Source: Octopus sinensis (taxonomy: Eukaryota). Taken from it: DNA of 64,000 bases. Of the stretch, positions 11,771 to 24,786 are shown one piece after another (positions within the stretch are counted from its first letter, which is position 1; the number at the start of each line of letters is the position of its first letter). The stretch spans positions 6,200,001 to 6,264,000 of the forward strand of contig NC_043007.1 of the NCBI RefSeq assembly GCF_006345805.1, in the 5' to 3' direction. The notes beneath the pieces are model-generated. The model was not told the origin of the DNA. It did no database searches and saw nothing but the letters and a program-made list of their open reading frames with translations. The translations under genes and the position numbers were made by a program.

Positions 11771-12700
11771 ACACACATTGGTAGGACCAAATGAATCTGA
11801 TAAAACGGAATTTGATAGTTTATTTAGCAAAATAAAATGGCACAAATGCACTGAAAGGTGAGAAAATAGTTTTACAAATGTTCCATTCAGTTTAGAAGTT
11901 CGGCACCTGAAGATCTTTTTTTTTTCCACGTGCAAACTATAATTGGAACACTCACTCGGGGGCATTTGACAGGCTTTAACCATACAACATCCAGCAGTAA
12001 ACGGCCAGCACACAATTCCCTAAGAAGACAGGAGACCAGCCAGCACAGTTTTCTGACGAGGCAGCAAACTTGCGACACAAATACCTGAAACTCTTTCCAT
12101 TCTAATGCAAAGTGTTTTACAAATTACTTCACAAGACCAAGTTTTATATGTAGAGGAGGAAGAAGAATCATTTTCGGGTCAACCAAACTCCGACGAAGCT
12201 TATTCTTTGTTCCTAGCCTAAAGCCTATCCCTGGTAGGACATTCTTTAATTTTTTCTTTTGACCAATGGAGGGTACTGGCTCTACTGTCCCAATTACCCA
12301 AGAAACAAGCAAATCTTGTGTACCAGATTGTTGTCTAAGCAACATGCAACCTGTTTTCAACACGCCCCACATCATCCAGTTTTAATTTCTGAATTTCATC
12401 CTGTGGAAGTGTGACCCCCAATTTTTCATAAGTTTCCTTCATGAGCACCGAGTATCCTAAAGGGATGGAGGCACACTTATTACCTATTTCTTTTCTTGGT
12501 CTCCTACTTTCACACCAAAGTAGGCATAGTAAGAGTTTTTAACAAATTCGGTAGTGTTTCTTAGATGTGTTTTAGTCATAAACTCGCCACAAATGTAACA
12601 ATAGTTATCAGGGGTTGCTGTACATCTTCTAGAAATCACTCTAGTTTCAAATGATGTGGAGGTCTGTAAGGAAAGGCGAAGGGACATGTTTTAAAGGCAT
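11771..12700 (-). mobile_element. Internally deleted DNA transposon, Chapaev3 (CMC)-like transposase remnant
   Basis: Minus-strand fragments SRRCTATPDNYCYICGEF...YYAYFGVKVGDQ, SVLMKETYEK, WDSRA and LVDPKMILLPPLHIKLGLVK, with frameshifts and a large deletion. Family assigned from remembered motifs. Confidence 0.65.
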
Positions 12701-12770
12701 ATATGTGATTTACCATCCAAATTTATACATAATATCATTAAAGATGCATTGAAGTGTAACATATAATATA

Positions 12771-12993
12771 TATTTCTTTACTACCCACAAGGGGCTAAAC
12801 ACAGAGGGAAGAAACAAGGACAGACAAACAGATTAAATCGATAACATCGACCCCAGTGCGTAACTGGTACTTAATTTATCGACACCAAAGGATGAAAGAC
12901 AAAGTTGGCCTCGGCGGAATTTGAACTCAAAACGTAACGGAAGACGGCTACGCATTTTGCCCGACGTGCTAACATTTCTGCCAGCTCGCCGCC
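12771..12993 (-). mobile_element. tRNA-derived SINE (family A), near full length
   Basis: Reverse complement begins GGCGGCGAGCTGGCAGAA and has B box GAGTTCAAATTCC, central CTTTCATCC..GTCGATAAATTAAGTACCAG and tail GGGTAGTAAAGAAATA. Confidence 0.9.
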
Positions 12994-13029
12994 CCCTTTT
13001 TTAAAAAACTTTCTCCCTCTCTTTTTTTA

Positions 13030-13215
13030 AAGGATGAAAGGCAAAGTCGACCTTTGCGGAATTTGAACTCAGAACATAAAGACAGACAAAATACCTATTT
13101 CTTTACTACCCACAAGGGGCTAAAGACAGAGAGGACAAACAAGAACAGACAAACGGATTAAGTCGATTATATCGACCCCAGTGTGTAACTGGTACTTATT
13201 TAATCGACCCCGAAA
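13030..13215 (-). mobile_element. Two abutting partial family-A SINEs
   Basis: Head fragment at 13030-13095 plus tail half at 13096-13215. Confidence 0.8.
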
Positions 13216-13489
13216 TAAGGATATAATGAAGCAATATACTGCATAAACATACACACTGAAAAAGGCCTGAGGAGATAACTGAAATAAAAACAAACACAAA
13301 TGCGTTTTAATGTAAGGAACGTGACTTGGTAAAGCACATCTTTCTCTCCTCATTGCTTGCAAGCGACTGAAACTGAAGGGATCCAGGCATCCCTCTGTGT
13401 AACTGACGCTGTCTAAACGTTGCCAGGGGATTATTTTACAAAGGGATCGTTCATTTTATACGCACCAGACCTGAAATTTGAGGAAGGCG

Positions 13490-13580
13490 CTAGTCGATTG
13501 GTACGTATTTTATCGACCACGAAAGATGAAAGGTAAAGTGGTCCGGTCCGGAAGGTAAAATCGGGCGAAATGACACTTAA
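13490..13580 (-). mobile_element. Family-A SINE fragment
   Basis: TGGTACGTATTTTATCGACCACGAAAGATGAAAGGTAAAGT matches the reverse complement of the central domain. Confidence 0.6.
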
Positions 13581-13889
13581 AGGAAATAATGAAAGACAGG
13601 AGTCGAATTGGGTCATAATGGTAATATGCATCGATCGATGTTTTGATGAAAATATGCCTAATAGGGTGATTTCTTTGTAACTTTTGAAATCAGTAGATAA
13701 AACGTGGTCCTTTTTATCCAATAAATGTTGAGACAATGCTTTGGTCGCAGACTTGTGATCGGAGAGCAAAAGGAAGCATTCTAGCGACAACGTCTGAGTT
13801 GTGCCCATTCGAAAACTTCCGCCAACCACCATTACCCATCCATCCACATGCACACAAACACAAACACACACATACACATATATTCTATG

Positions 13890-14010
13890 CGTGTAGCCTA
13901 GTGGTTAGGATGCTACACTCACGATTGCTAGATAGTGAGGTCGATTCTTGAACCCGGCGGTGCGTTGCACTTTTGAGGAAAGTTCTTCATTTCACGTAGC
14001 TCTATTTGTG
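13890..14010 (+). mobile_element. Old tRNA-derived SINE head
   Basis: A box TAGCCTAGTGG, degenerate B box GGTCGATTC, then TTGAGGAAAGTTCTTCATTTCACG. Confidence 0.55.
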
Positions 14011-14364
14011 GCAGAATCGATGTTGCATCGGCGGAAATGATTTGAGGAATACGTAACGGCTCTCTACATTATTAGTTCATATCCCACCTTCTTCGTGAAG
14101 GCAACAGGAAAACATGTACGTTTTTAAGACTACATTATCTAATGGTCATTTCTTCTTTAAAAAAGGTAAGCAATGATTTGAGGGCAATATAGCCACCATT
14201 TTTACCTGGTCAAATGAACACAGATGCTCCACTTTTGGCTTGAGAGAAAAGTGCATAACTACTATTGCTGTTGTTGTTGGTGGTGTGTTGGTATGAAGTA
14301 GTGTTTTTCAATCCCCACCCTACCCAAATGTAGGGCTTTGTACCTATGCTAGAAACAATATCAA

Positions 14365-14500
14365 AGAATGGTGGATTAGAAGAAGCATTAGAGCTGGACA
14401 AAACACCTTGTGGTATTTATGCTCAGAGTTCAAATCTCACTGTGGTTGGCTTTGTCTTTCATCCCTCACGGATGAAATAAAGTACCAATCAAGTTTTCAG
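14365..14500 (+). mobile_element. Diverged family-A SINE
   Basis: CAGAGTTCAAATC...TTTGTCTTTCATCCC...AATAAAGTACCA. Confidence 0.55.
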
Positions 14501-14900
14501 CCCAGGTATAGTCATAGTAATCCACCTAACGGTGGCTGGTCAGGGTACGGGCACTCTCAGGGCTAAACGTGAGTGATGGAGCAGATTCCCATGCACAAGA
14601 TGGCCCAAGAACAGACCACCACTAGACAAAATATAATGCGCACACGTACATAAATATGTGTTTCTACACATGTATATAAGAGTGTATGGTCAGATACCAT
14701 TGTTTGAAATTGTGCTATTTGTTCTTGTTTTGTACCGGACATCTCAGTACACTTGTTATACATTCAGTCATTCTTCTCAGTCGCTCTTTTCTTTCTTTCT
14801 TTTATTTCTCTCTGTCTCTTTCCTTTTTCTGCCTATATTTATACAAATTCACACACACATATTGTTGTTGGTGGTGGTGTATATATATATATATGATTAT

Positions 14901-14937
<37 letters not shown>

Positions 14938-15485
14938 CACATACACGTACGTAACGCACACACACACACACACACGTCTGTATCTTATTTTTCTTATTCT
15001 ATTCCATCTTCATTCTATTGTGATTAGTTGATCTCTCACTGAGATATACCAAATATCTTACATGCAAGCTTCTTCAAGTCTAGAATGTTTCTCGAATATG
15101 CGATAACGAAGTGACAATTACTATTCATAATACACGCACATTCTTAGACATCTCGCGTATATATAATCCCAGAGGTAGGTATTCACATAATAACGTGTGG
15201 AGACACTCTGTAAAGAGGAAAAAAAAGTTATATCAATCAATATATTTACCAAAGTCTTACTTTTAAATATGTGGCTACATTGTTTGTCTGGAGACTAAAC
15301 ATTTTAAATATATGTTATATGTAGTAAACAATTCAATTATTAGGAAATAGAGCAGCCCAATATTTCCTCGGTTAACAAGTGCCGTCATTTTAAGTTGGAT
15401 AACAATTACATTACATATATACATATATACACTTACATACCTGCACACACATACACACACACACACACTCTCTCTCTCTCTCACA

Positions 15486-15516
<31 letters not shown>

Positions 15517-15964
15517 GCTCATTTCTACCCAAGCAGCTTTCATTGGTGACGCCTCCAAATTGAATAATATTATCAATAAGGTGTCAAGTTTGTGATGAGT
15601 TTTGTTCGATAAAGATTTCTTACCCTATACATAAATAGGGTAGGACATTATTTACTAGAATGCCAACTTATATATAGTCACAGACTGGCAATTCGATTCG
15701 TCCCCGGCTCCATTCAAGTACACCAAAGAAAATGGCGAAATATCGATATCCATCTCTCCTGAATTCGATCGGAGGTGAGTTGTCTCGCCTGACTCAGACT
15801 ATCAGGTGTTTTAACACTCAGTGTTATGAGTGAGTCATCCTCGAGGCGCAATACCGCAGCGAAAAGGCGAACAAACAAAACACATATATTGAGTACATGC
15901 GGTCGATAATGTTTATATACATACCTACACACATACATACATACACACATGCATATATACACAC

Positions 15965-16013
<49 letters not shown>

Positions 16014-18900
16014 ATTTAGTTACAGGTTATGTTAGCCTCATGAAGGATGGTGTCATCATCCAAGGAAATGCTGCTTCAATACCCAATATCATGGCGGGGA
16101 GTTGATTTCCATTGTATTTTGATTTGTATGTCTGCTGTGATGAATCTACGAACAAACATACAAAACATCTACTGGCGTATGTATTTTACCCTCTGAAGAG
16201 AATATGCTCAGAAATATGAAGTTAGTATTTAATTAATTTCACTGTGTATAACTGAAACAGCTGTAAGGGTTAATGATCGATTTGTTGTTGATAATAAACT
16301 CTTATTAACTTCCTAATCTATACACCTGTATAGATACACACACACACGTATACACATACAAAGACACACATACAGATGCACTTACATTCACGCACGTCTA
16401 TTAATGAAAGCCAAACGAGAATTGTTACATATTCACATACATTGACATACAGGTGTTTCTGCTAAAAAAAACCTTTGCACTCAGCTCCAAGTGTTCGCGC
16501 GACATCTTAAGGCAGGCACGTTTATAAGCTAATAAATATGAATACTAAGCTCGTATTCGTTTGTTATACCTTAATTGATATTACGCACTGTGTTCTTGAA
16601 ATCTACTCTACTCTAAGCATAAGTATATTAAATTATAACAACTGGCTATTAATATCGGTAGACATTAGCTAAAACATAGTAAAACATGTGGACCGGGGCG
16701 TGCGTATGTGTGTGTGTTTGTGTGTGTATGTATGCGAGCACGTTTGTATACGACATACTCAAACTTTACTGATACAGTTAAGTGGATCAGTAAAATCATG
16801 CGAGACCCCTTTTTTAAAGTTCAGAGTATAAGAAGTATCGTTGTTGTTATCCAAATTCCAGTGACAGCATTTTGTGTGTCTTTTTTGAAAACCAGCCCGA
16901 TAGCTTTGAGAATCATTTTAATAAATACATACATACTCACGCACACTTACGCACATAGAACTATTTAGATTCTTCGAAATAATTCAATATAAATTATGAT
17001 AACACGTATTCTTTTTCCATGTTGGAATTTCGAGCAAGTTACATTAGAACACTGCAAACTGTGTGGATATTTAAACAGAATCGTTCACTTCAATCGAACG
17101 GCAATATAATGTGGAAGATTGATAGGGTTTCAACTAATCGAAGGAGAACGATTGATGTGGTGTGTAGCAAATGAGAGAGTAGCGATTCAATTATTGCTGC
17201 CCCTCGTTTGATCGACTTGTGGCTGTCAGAATAAAATCAAACTGTTCAACTAATCAGCTAACATTACAAACAACATCCGCATACATGATTTAGGCGTGGT
17301 TCACCTCTTGTGAATATCTGTCAAACATCATTGAGCACATTCTGAGGGATATGAATTTACGTCACTTCAGCCCTAAAATCTTACAAACATTAAATGAAGA
17401 TTTTGTTTGTCGAGCACAATTCTGCGAGGAAATGTTAGTGTGCTTTCGTTATGCTTCATCCTTATTGCTTGCATAATTTGTTTAAATGAGACACCATTTG
17501 ATGTGGATGGTGCAATAAATCATCATAACTGCTTGGTGCTGCACAAAACACCATAACACCCGTGTTATATAACCGAGATTTAAAAAAATGTTTTGATGGC
17601 TTACCGATTTCAAGTCGTTAGGTCCGCATATTAGATATCTATCCGAGTTATTCTTCTGAAATTTCCCCCAGTAAAAGATCCTTCTTATTTCTGTAGCATG
17701 GGCCTCCAGTTCCCACTTGATTTTGTTAACAACACAGAGTCATAGTTAAATTTGAATATTATCGATCCCTGGATCGTAATCTGAAAAACCTGTTCGGACT
17801 ACCTTTCACGTCTTCAGCTTTCCTATTCACTTCTTGCGGCAATAAAGTCTACCAACGCAACGTGAACGGCATCGGTTATCATAAGTAGTCTTTAGCAAAG
17901 CAGTCTTTATCAAAACCTGATAAACATAAATGACGAACTTGGAAAAAATCCTTTTGAAAGCTTAGAAATGAGAACAAATGAGATCTAATCAACTGGGAGT
18001 AACTTTCATATATTACGCATCTGGTGCCGAGAAAGCGTAGAACTGTCTTCTCAGTCGGTCGACGTGTATACAGTTACAGTAATACATTCCTCAAATGCTA
18101 CATTGCCGTCTTTAGGATGGTTGGTCATGTAGGTTTAACTAATATTGAATGTGATATACCAGAGAAAAGATATAAAGGTAAGACAGCCACATCTAAAGAG
18201 ACGGTTGGATGATAAATTCTCAAACATATAGAAATATCTCCTTGAGTACACGCAAACGTAATCAGAATATGACGGAAGCTGCTAACTTGCACGAAGCGGG
18301 TCCTAAAATGTCTGTAATAATATCTCATACATTTTAACATCTCCACGAAACAGTGACATTTACAAATAATACAAAATCATTATTTGTATTACAGGTGTCA
18401 GAACACATCGGCAAATAAAGCGTTTCGTGATTTCTATAAACAACTCGTGCACTTGTTAGGTCCATCGATCCGGCGGACTAGCTTTAACTGAAGGGACACA
18501 GAATAATGTCGAAATGTTACGATGCCTCAATGGCCCTTACACCTGTGAATTACGTGTGCTTTAAAAGCAGACCTTCTAAATAGCGGTGTTGGCAGATACT
18601 TACGTTCGAAGCTGTCACAACGGACTCAGAATAAATATATACGTTATTGCCCGAAAACAACATGTTACAGGATTAATGATACCATCGGCATCACCCTTAG
18701 TTCTAAAAAGCAAGAAGTTCCGTTGTTTCATTTCTCAACATCACAACATCAGTAAACGAAATATTACACTCGAATGTTAAAACACTCGAATGCGTTCCTA
18801 CTTTTCTTAACATGAAACAAATGGTAGCCTTCATTCATAAATAAATAATTTATTTCCACCAATACGGTGTTGAGTACTCGTTTTCATCGTTCGACATTCA

Positions 18901-18947
<47 letters not shown>

Positions 18948-18964
18948 TATATGGATATATGTGT

Positions 18965-20110
18965 ACATGCAAAATGTGAAAAAGGAAAAAGGTGGAGACT
19001 GTCAGACAACGTATCTAGTCATATTTGGTCATTAAAAGATAAATGTGTCGATTATAACATCCATTGGAAGATTTTGGCCAAATGTAAGCCCTACACCAAC
19101 GGCAGCGGAAAGTGCGGTCTATGCGACATGGAGAGATGGTTTATCTGGAAAAGCAGCTTAGACCCTACTACATGTCTAAACTCAAAGGACAGAACTTTTC
19201 GGATCATGCCCATATGTGACAAAAGTTTTGTTACGTTTTTGGTCCCCTAAAGAAAACAGATAGAACTTGCTTTCTATATTATGTCCCAAAAAGTTTTTTT
19301 ATCTCATTATAACTTTTATTATTTCATATAATGTTATATTTTCACACATATTAATTTTTTCTGTAGTTTTTTATCCTGCTTTTTTTCCTGTGCCTATATA
19401 GACGTGTAATATAGATTTATTTGTACACGTGTGTGAATATGTATGAGTGGGCAGTTTTAGATGTGTGCGTGTGTGCGGGCATAAGAATGCATATATAAAT
19501 AGACGTTTTTACTTAGTATTTTTCCATGTTTTTAGGTTTTTTTTTTGGGGGGGGGCATATGTATATTCATTTTTCGTATATGCATGTGTATGTATGCGTA
19601 TATAAACATGTGCGGGTATTTACATATATGGTCGTGTGTGTGTATGAGTGCCTAAGGGCATGTCCGTTTATGAACGTGGTTTTATGCTTTGTATACTTCC
19701 TTATGTTTTTTTCTGTTACCTTTAACCATGGTTTTTCTTGTGCTTGTGAGTATATAGACGTATGTATGAACTTTTACGGTACGCATGTGTGTGTATGAGT
19801 TTGTATATATATGCATATATATTTGGCGAAAAATGCGAGTGAAGATGTGTACGTTTTCATAGTGACGTATAAGTACGCACGTGGGTCCGCGAGCGCACAT
19901 GTGAGCGTATGACTAGCCGTGTTTTACTATGAAATTTTAATCTTATTTTATATAAGTAGCAGAATTATAACACAGTAATTTCCCTTTATATAACGGTATT
20001 TTTTCATAGCCTTTTTTCAGATGGCCAGATAACCGAAGAGATGGTGTTGTGGATTTCCACTTCGGCATCTGAAACTCAGAGTTTTATCTTGACTATTGAG
20101 TAATTCTACA
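18965..20110 (+). mobile_element. 5'-truncated Penelope-like element: GIY-YIG C-terminus, long 3' region and hammerhead motif, ending at (TA)n
   Basis: SHIWSLKDKCVDYNIHWKILAKCKPYTNGSGKCGLCDMERWFI...LNSK matches the PLE GIY-YIG endonuclease C-terminus. Hammerhead motif at 20027-20089. Confidence 0.8.
20027..20089 (+). ncRNA. Type I hammerhead ribozyme motif (variant or degenerate)
   Basis: AGATAA-CCGAAGA-GATG...CATC-T-GAAAC-TCAGA-GTT-TTATCT. Perfect 6-bp stem I, stem II GATG/CATC, near-palindromic stem III ACTC-A-GAGT. Has U4C and one extra T before GAAA. Confidence 0.6.
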
Positions 20111-20113
20111 TAT

Positions 20114-20179
<66 letters not shown>

Positions 20180-20286
20180 ATATAGATATCTATTAAGCAT
20201 TTTAGCTTGTTTCCCTATCAATATATTTTACAGCAACACACACACACATAAATCTGTGCGCATATATAATTAAACAAGGGCACAGA

Positions 20287-20328
<42 letters not shown>

Positions 20329-20495
20329 AATATATATATAATCTCGTAACGTGGAAACATGTAGGTTATGAAGCATGACTGAGTGGAACAGCACAAATTA
20401 TTTGATAGCCAGATAGTATATTCTATTGCTTATAAACATAAAGGTATTACAAAAATATATATTTCATGTTACTTATGAAATAATATATGACACAT

Positions 20496-20560
<65 letters not shown>

Positions 20561-20761
20561 ATATATATATATATGCATGCGCACACATTCATGTGTGACT
20601 GTTTGTCCTTGTGTTGTAAAATATATTCACACAGAAACAAGCTATGTACGTTACCCGTAGGTATTTAGTCTCAGACAACACAATAACTCATATATTTCTA
20701 TACGTGTAATCTTTATACTTATAAATGCATTCATAAATACGTATATATATATAAATATATA

Positions 20762-20829
<68 letters not shown>

Positions 20830-21216
20830 ACGCAAACACACAGACAAGAATTATACTGTATAATAGTTCACTTAAAAAAATAAACACAGAGCATCAAGCA
20901 TATTAAGCGGAATGTAAACTTTCGAATGAATTGTAATTCTCACAAAGCCAGACGATAGTCGCGTCCATTGTTTTTTAAATAGCCTACTTAAGAGGAAAGA
21001 TTAAACGTCTACCAACTCCAGAAACAAAATGCTAGAACCAAACACAATCGCTTTTACTTCACATACCTTGAATACAACAAATTAAAAAAAAAAGAGCTAA
21101 GTACTAGAGTCAAATACTAAAAGTGTATTTTCGATAATAATACGGTGCCCAGAAGATAAGAATTAAAATAAAAAATGAATTCATCGTATTTTTACATGAA
21201 TATTATTTGCGCCAAA

Positions 21217-21279
<63 letters not shown>

Positions 21280-21789
21280 TGATTTGTTGATTTCTTATAT
21301 ATCTATGACAAAACTATATCGTTATAAACTTAGAAAGAGGGAACGGTCAACAATGTACTCGACTGGTTTTTATTTTAATACTCTTCAATATGGGTGAAGA
21401 TAGTGACGATTACCGTTAGTAAAGAGCAAGTGCAAAATAGTCACGTGCTAAAAAAATAACTCTTTTCAGGCAGTTTCTTCCAAACAAGTTAGGTTCTTTA
21501 CTCTGGTTAGTTCATTTATTCAATATAATCGTATCTTTCTTTAAATTACGTCCATTCTGGGGCGTCACTTTGAGGGGAATTTAACCGGTCATAGCAAATG
21601 GCCCTCACTGCTTAAACTCTGGTTGCAGCGATTTTTTTCTTTTGTAACACACAGCTAAGTTTCGGTTTACAAACAATGTGTTTTTTCAAATGATTTCGAA
21701 CTTACGACAGACATAACAGGACACGGAGATAGACTCAAGCAAACGCAGATATGCAGTCTGCAAACCTTAGCACTCCACAGCGTATACAC

Positions 21790-22017
21790 TCATGCATACA
21801 TACATACATACAAACACTCATACCTACATACATACACACATACATGCTTACATGCGTACATACACACATACATACATACGTATATACATACATACATACA
21901 AATATATATACAACGCATACATACATACACACATACCTACATACTTATATACATACATACATATGTACATACACACATACACACATACATACATACATAC
22001 ATACATACATACATACA

Positions 22018-22050
<33 letters not shown>

Positions 22051-22065
22051 GCATACATGCATACA
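21790..22065. repeat. (TACA)n microsatellite at the 3' end of the CR1-type LINE
   Basis: Directly visible. Confidence 0.9.
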
Positions 22066-23230
22066 TTAAGAACTCGAAATAAAAAGTCGCGTATTTGGCG
22101 TGGGAGACTATTTATCGAAACTACGATGAATACTGTCTCCAACTTTGGAGCTACAACTATCAGCCCTGTTAAATAAATGGTCAGTCTTCTGATGAATTAA
22201 CAGAAAGAGTCTTTTATCCACGATTGTAGTGAATAGGACATGGCCCACTCGAGGAGAGAGTTATTGTTTGCTGAGACATATCCGGGTGTAGGAGATTTAT
22301 CCTGGATTTTTTGAAGGAATTTGTCCACAGACGTTTTGAACTTCATGGGGTCTGTTTCTGCTTTAATTTGTTTTGATGTAATGTTAAAGACAGCGGGGCC
22401 AATTGAGGTGAAATAATTGTGCAGTATTGTTGATATGTGATGCGATTATGATTTATGTTGTGGGCGCATAGCACGGGGTTCAAACCTTGAGTGAATATTA
22501 AAGGCGATGCCAACATCATTTGGGCAATGCTGATGGAATATTTTCCACATCAGATAAATGATGTACCACTCACAGCTGCGTGGGGGAGAATAAAGCTTGA
22601 GCTTTTCTAGTCGAGCCCAATAGTCAAGGCCTGTCATGCCATCTACCTTTTTTGTAATTGACCTTTGACGTGCTTCACCTGTCATATTTTCTTTCGTGTG
22701 GGGAAATGACTGTGGACAACAGTATTCAAGGTGGGGTCGGACAAATTTAGAGAAGAGAAGGATAATGGTGTGGATATCTCTCGATTGGAATGTTTTGAGA
22801 ATCCAGGAACACATTCTGCGGGCCATGTCAACTTTGCTGATTATATTGGCGGCCTAGATTACGTTGTTGTTCACAATTACTCCCAAGTCTCTGATGTTGT
22901 TGGATGCTATGAGATTTTCACCTGAAGGAAGGGAGTATGGGCGTTTCAAAGTATCATCTTTTCAGAAGTGGATAAACTCAAATTTGTCCTCGTTCAGCAG
23001 CAGATTATTCTTTCCCGCTCATTGGATGACAGCCAGTAGATCTGACTGAAAGCATGTCCGGTCACCCACTTCACTGATGACCTTCTGGATCTTGGAATAA
23101 TCTGCAAAGAGTCTTACGTTACTGTGCTTGATGATAGCAGTGACGTCATTGATGAAGATGATGAAAAGAAGTGTGCCCATCACAGTGCCTTGTGGAAACA
23201 CCACTACTGACTTTGGCTGGGCTTGATTTT
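22066..23230 (-). mobile_element. 5'-truncated CR1-type LINE (RT C-terminal half, pseudogenised)
   Basis: SG(V)PQGTVMGTLLFIIFIND...LFADYSKI and FVRPHLEYCC...LDYWARLEKLKLYS, with frameshifts and stops. Confidence 0.85.
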
Positions 23231-23239
23231 ACTCCTTCG

Positions 23240-23420
23240 ATTACATGTATATATAATTAATCCCAAAATACGAAGAAGAAAACACAAGAAAAAACAACAA
23301 CGCGAGGACGTGGTACGTGCAAAGTATTAATAAGGCGCTTAGGGAAGGAAAGAAAGGGTGCTTTATATTTCGAGCAAAACTCTTCTTCAGAAACAGGAGA
23401 CATGTGAATTCATGAATGAT
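23240..23420 (-). mobile_element. PLE-type terminal repeat fragment with intact hammerhead
   Basis: Homologous to 48420-48565, 27560-27716 and 2955-3165. Confidence 0.75.
23359..23395 (-). ncRNA. Minimal type I hammerhead ribozyme, core intact
   Basis: Minus strand reads TGTTT-CTGAAGA-A-GAGT-TTT-GCTC-GAAA-TAT-A-AAGCA. Stem I 5 bp (one G-U), stem II 4 bp, palindromic ATAT stem III, AUA triplet. Confidence 0.75.
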
Positions 23421-23864
23421 ATATCTATATTGGACGTAGCTCTACACAATACCACCTTCCAAATTCGTTTCCATGGTTCTGGTCGCCTCGTAATGATACA
23501 TTCCCAAGTTGCTAGGCAGTGTAAGCGAACGCATGATTATGTGGCTGTGAAACGGACTTCGTAACCATTCAACCATTAAAGCACGTTTTATCGATTCTGA
23601 GAGTTTGAAAAGTGAAACGACCAATAATTCGTTCTGGTAGCGTAAGATGCAGAATTTACCAGCGTAATGGACATTCAGTAGTGTAACGTGATACGCAAAA
23701 AATAGTAGTCATATCTTCGTTAGATTCCACACTGTTGTTTTATATAAGGAAGGATACACTGTGACATGGGAGTCCTTCATAAACGACGAAAGTAAGAGGA
23801 AAGGAAACATCGACAATGTATTTGATTGCCGGGTTTAACGTTACTTGCGGTTTAATCCGACCCT

Positions 23865-24565
23865 CATCATCACTATCATCATTATTATCATCGTCATAAT
23901 CATCATCAAAATGTACAACAATGCCAGCATCAGGAATAAAAATGACATACTTAACATCTACAACTGCATCAACGACTGCATCATCATCATCATCATCATC
24001 ATCATCGTCGTCGTCGTCGTCGTCGTCATCATCACCATCATCATCATCAGCATTATCAACAACGACAACAACAACAACAGTTGGAGGAGAAACATCACCA
24101 ATTATGTAAAAGAACAATAACAAAAATAGTGAAATCATCTACATCAGTAGCAACAGCAGCTGTACCAACATCATCGTCATCGTCATCATCATCACCATCA
24201 TCATTATCATCATCATCGTCATCATCGTGATCATCATCATCATCGGCATCATCATCATCATCATCATCATCGTCACCAACAACATAAGAGTTTCTCTGTG
24301 CTGCAGTTACAGAAATAGAAAACGGCTTAATTTATTTGGTTAGGTTCCTTTTTTTGCAACTGATAAAATTACGATTTGAAAACGAAAATCATCTCCAAGA
24401 ATGAAATATTGATTTAGATGAAAGAAAATTTCGTTAATCAGCGAGAGAGAACTCCCAACGGTTCTGCTTAAGAGTTGCTATGAGTGTGAGCGTGCGCAGA
24501 ATACCAACAGACAACATTCCAAGATTCTTGGCAACTCATGGAATAGCTTTATTTATTTATTTATT

Positions 24566-24622
<57 letters not shown>

Positions 24623-24750
24623 GTTGTTGTTGTTGTTGTTGTTGTTTCTCTTCGTCTTGATGTTGTTCCTGCAACTGTTGTTGTATATTGTGTTGTTCTT
24701 TAATGATGATGATGATGATGATGATAATAATAATAATAATAATAATAATA

Positions 24751-24786
<36 letters not shown>

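Noticed and set aside
16193-16221. CTGAAGAGAATATGCTCAGAAATATGAAG, resembling the 23359 hammerhead
   Set aside because: Stem II does not pair properly, there is an extra base before GAAA, and the downstream flank does not match the family. At most a very decayed copy.
18024-18460. Possible small exons (donor AAAG|GTAAGA at ~18177, acceptor TATTACAG at ~18394)
   Set aside because: The joined peptide is short, terminates quickly and resembles nothing known. Such sites are expected by chance in 64 kb.
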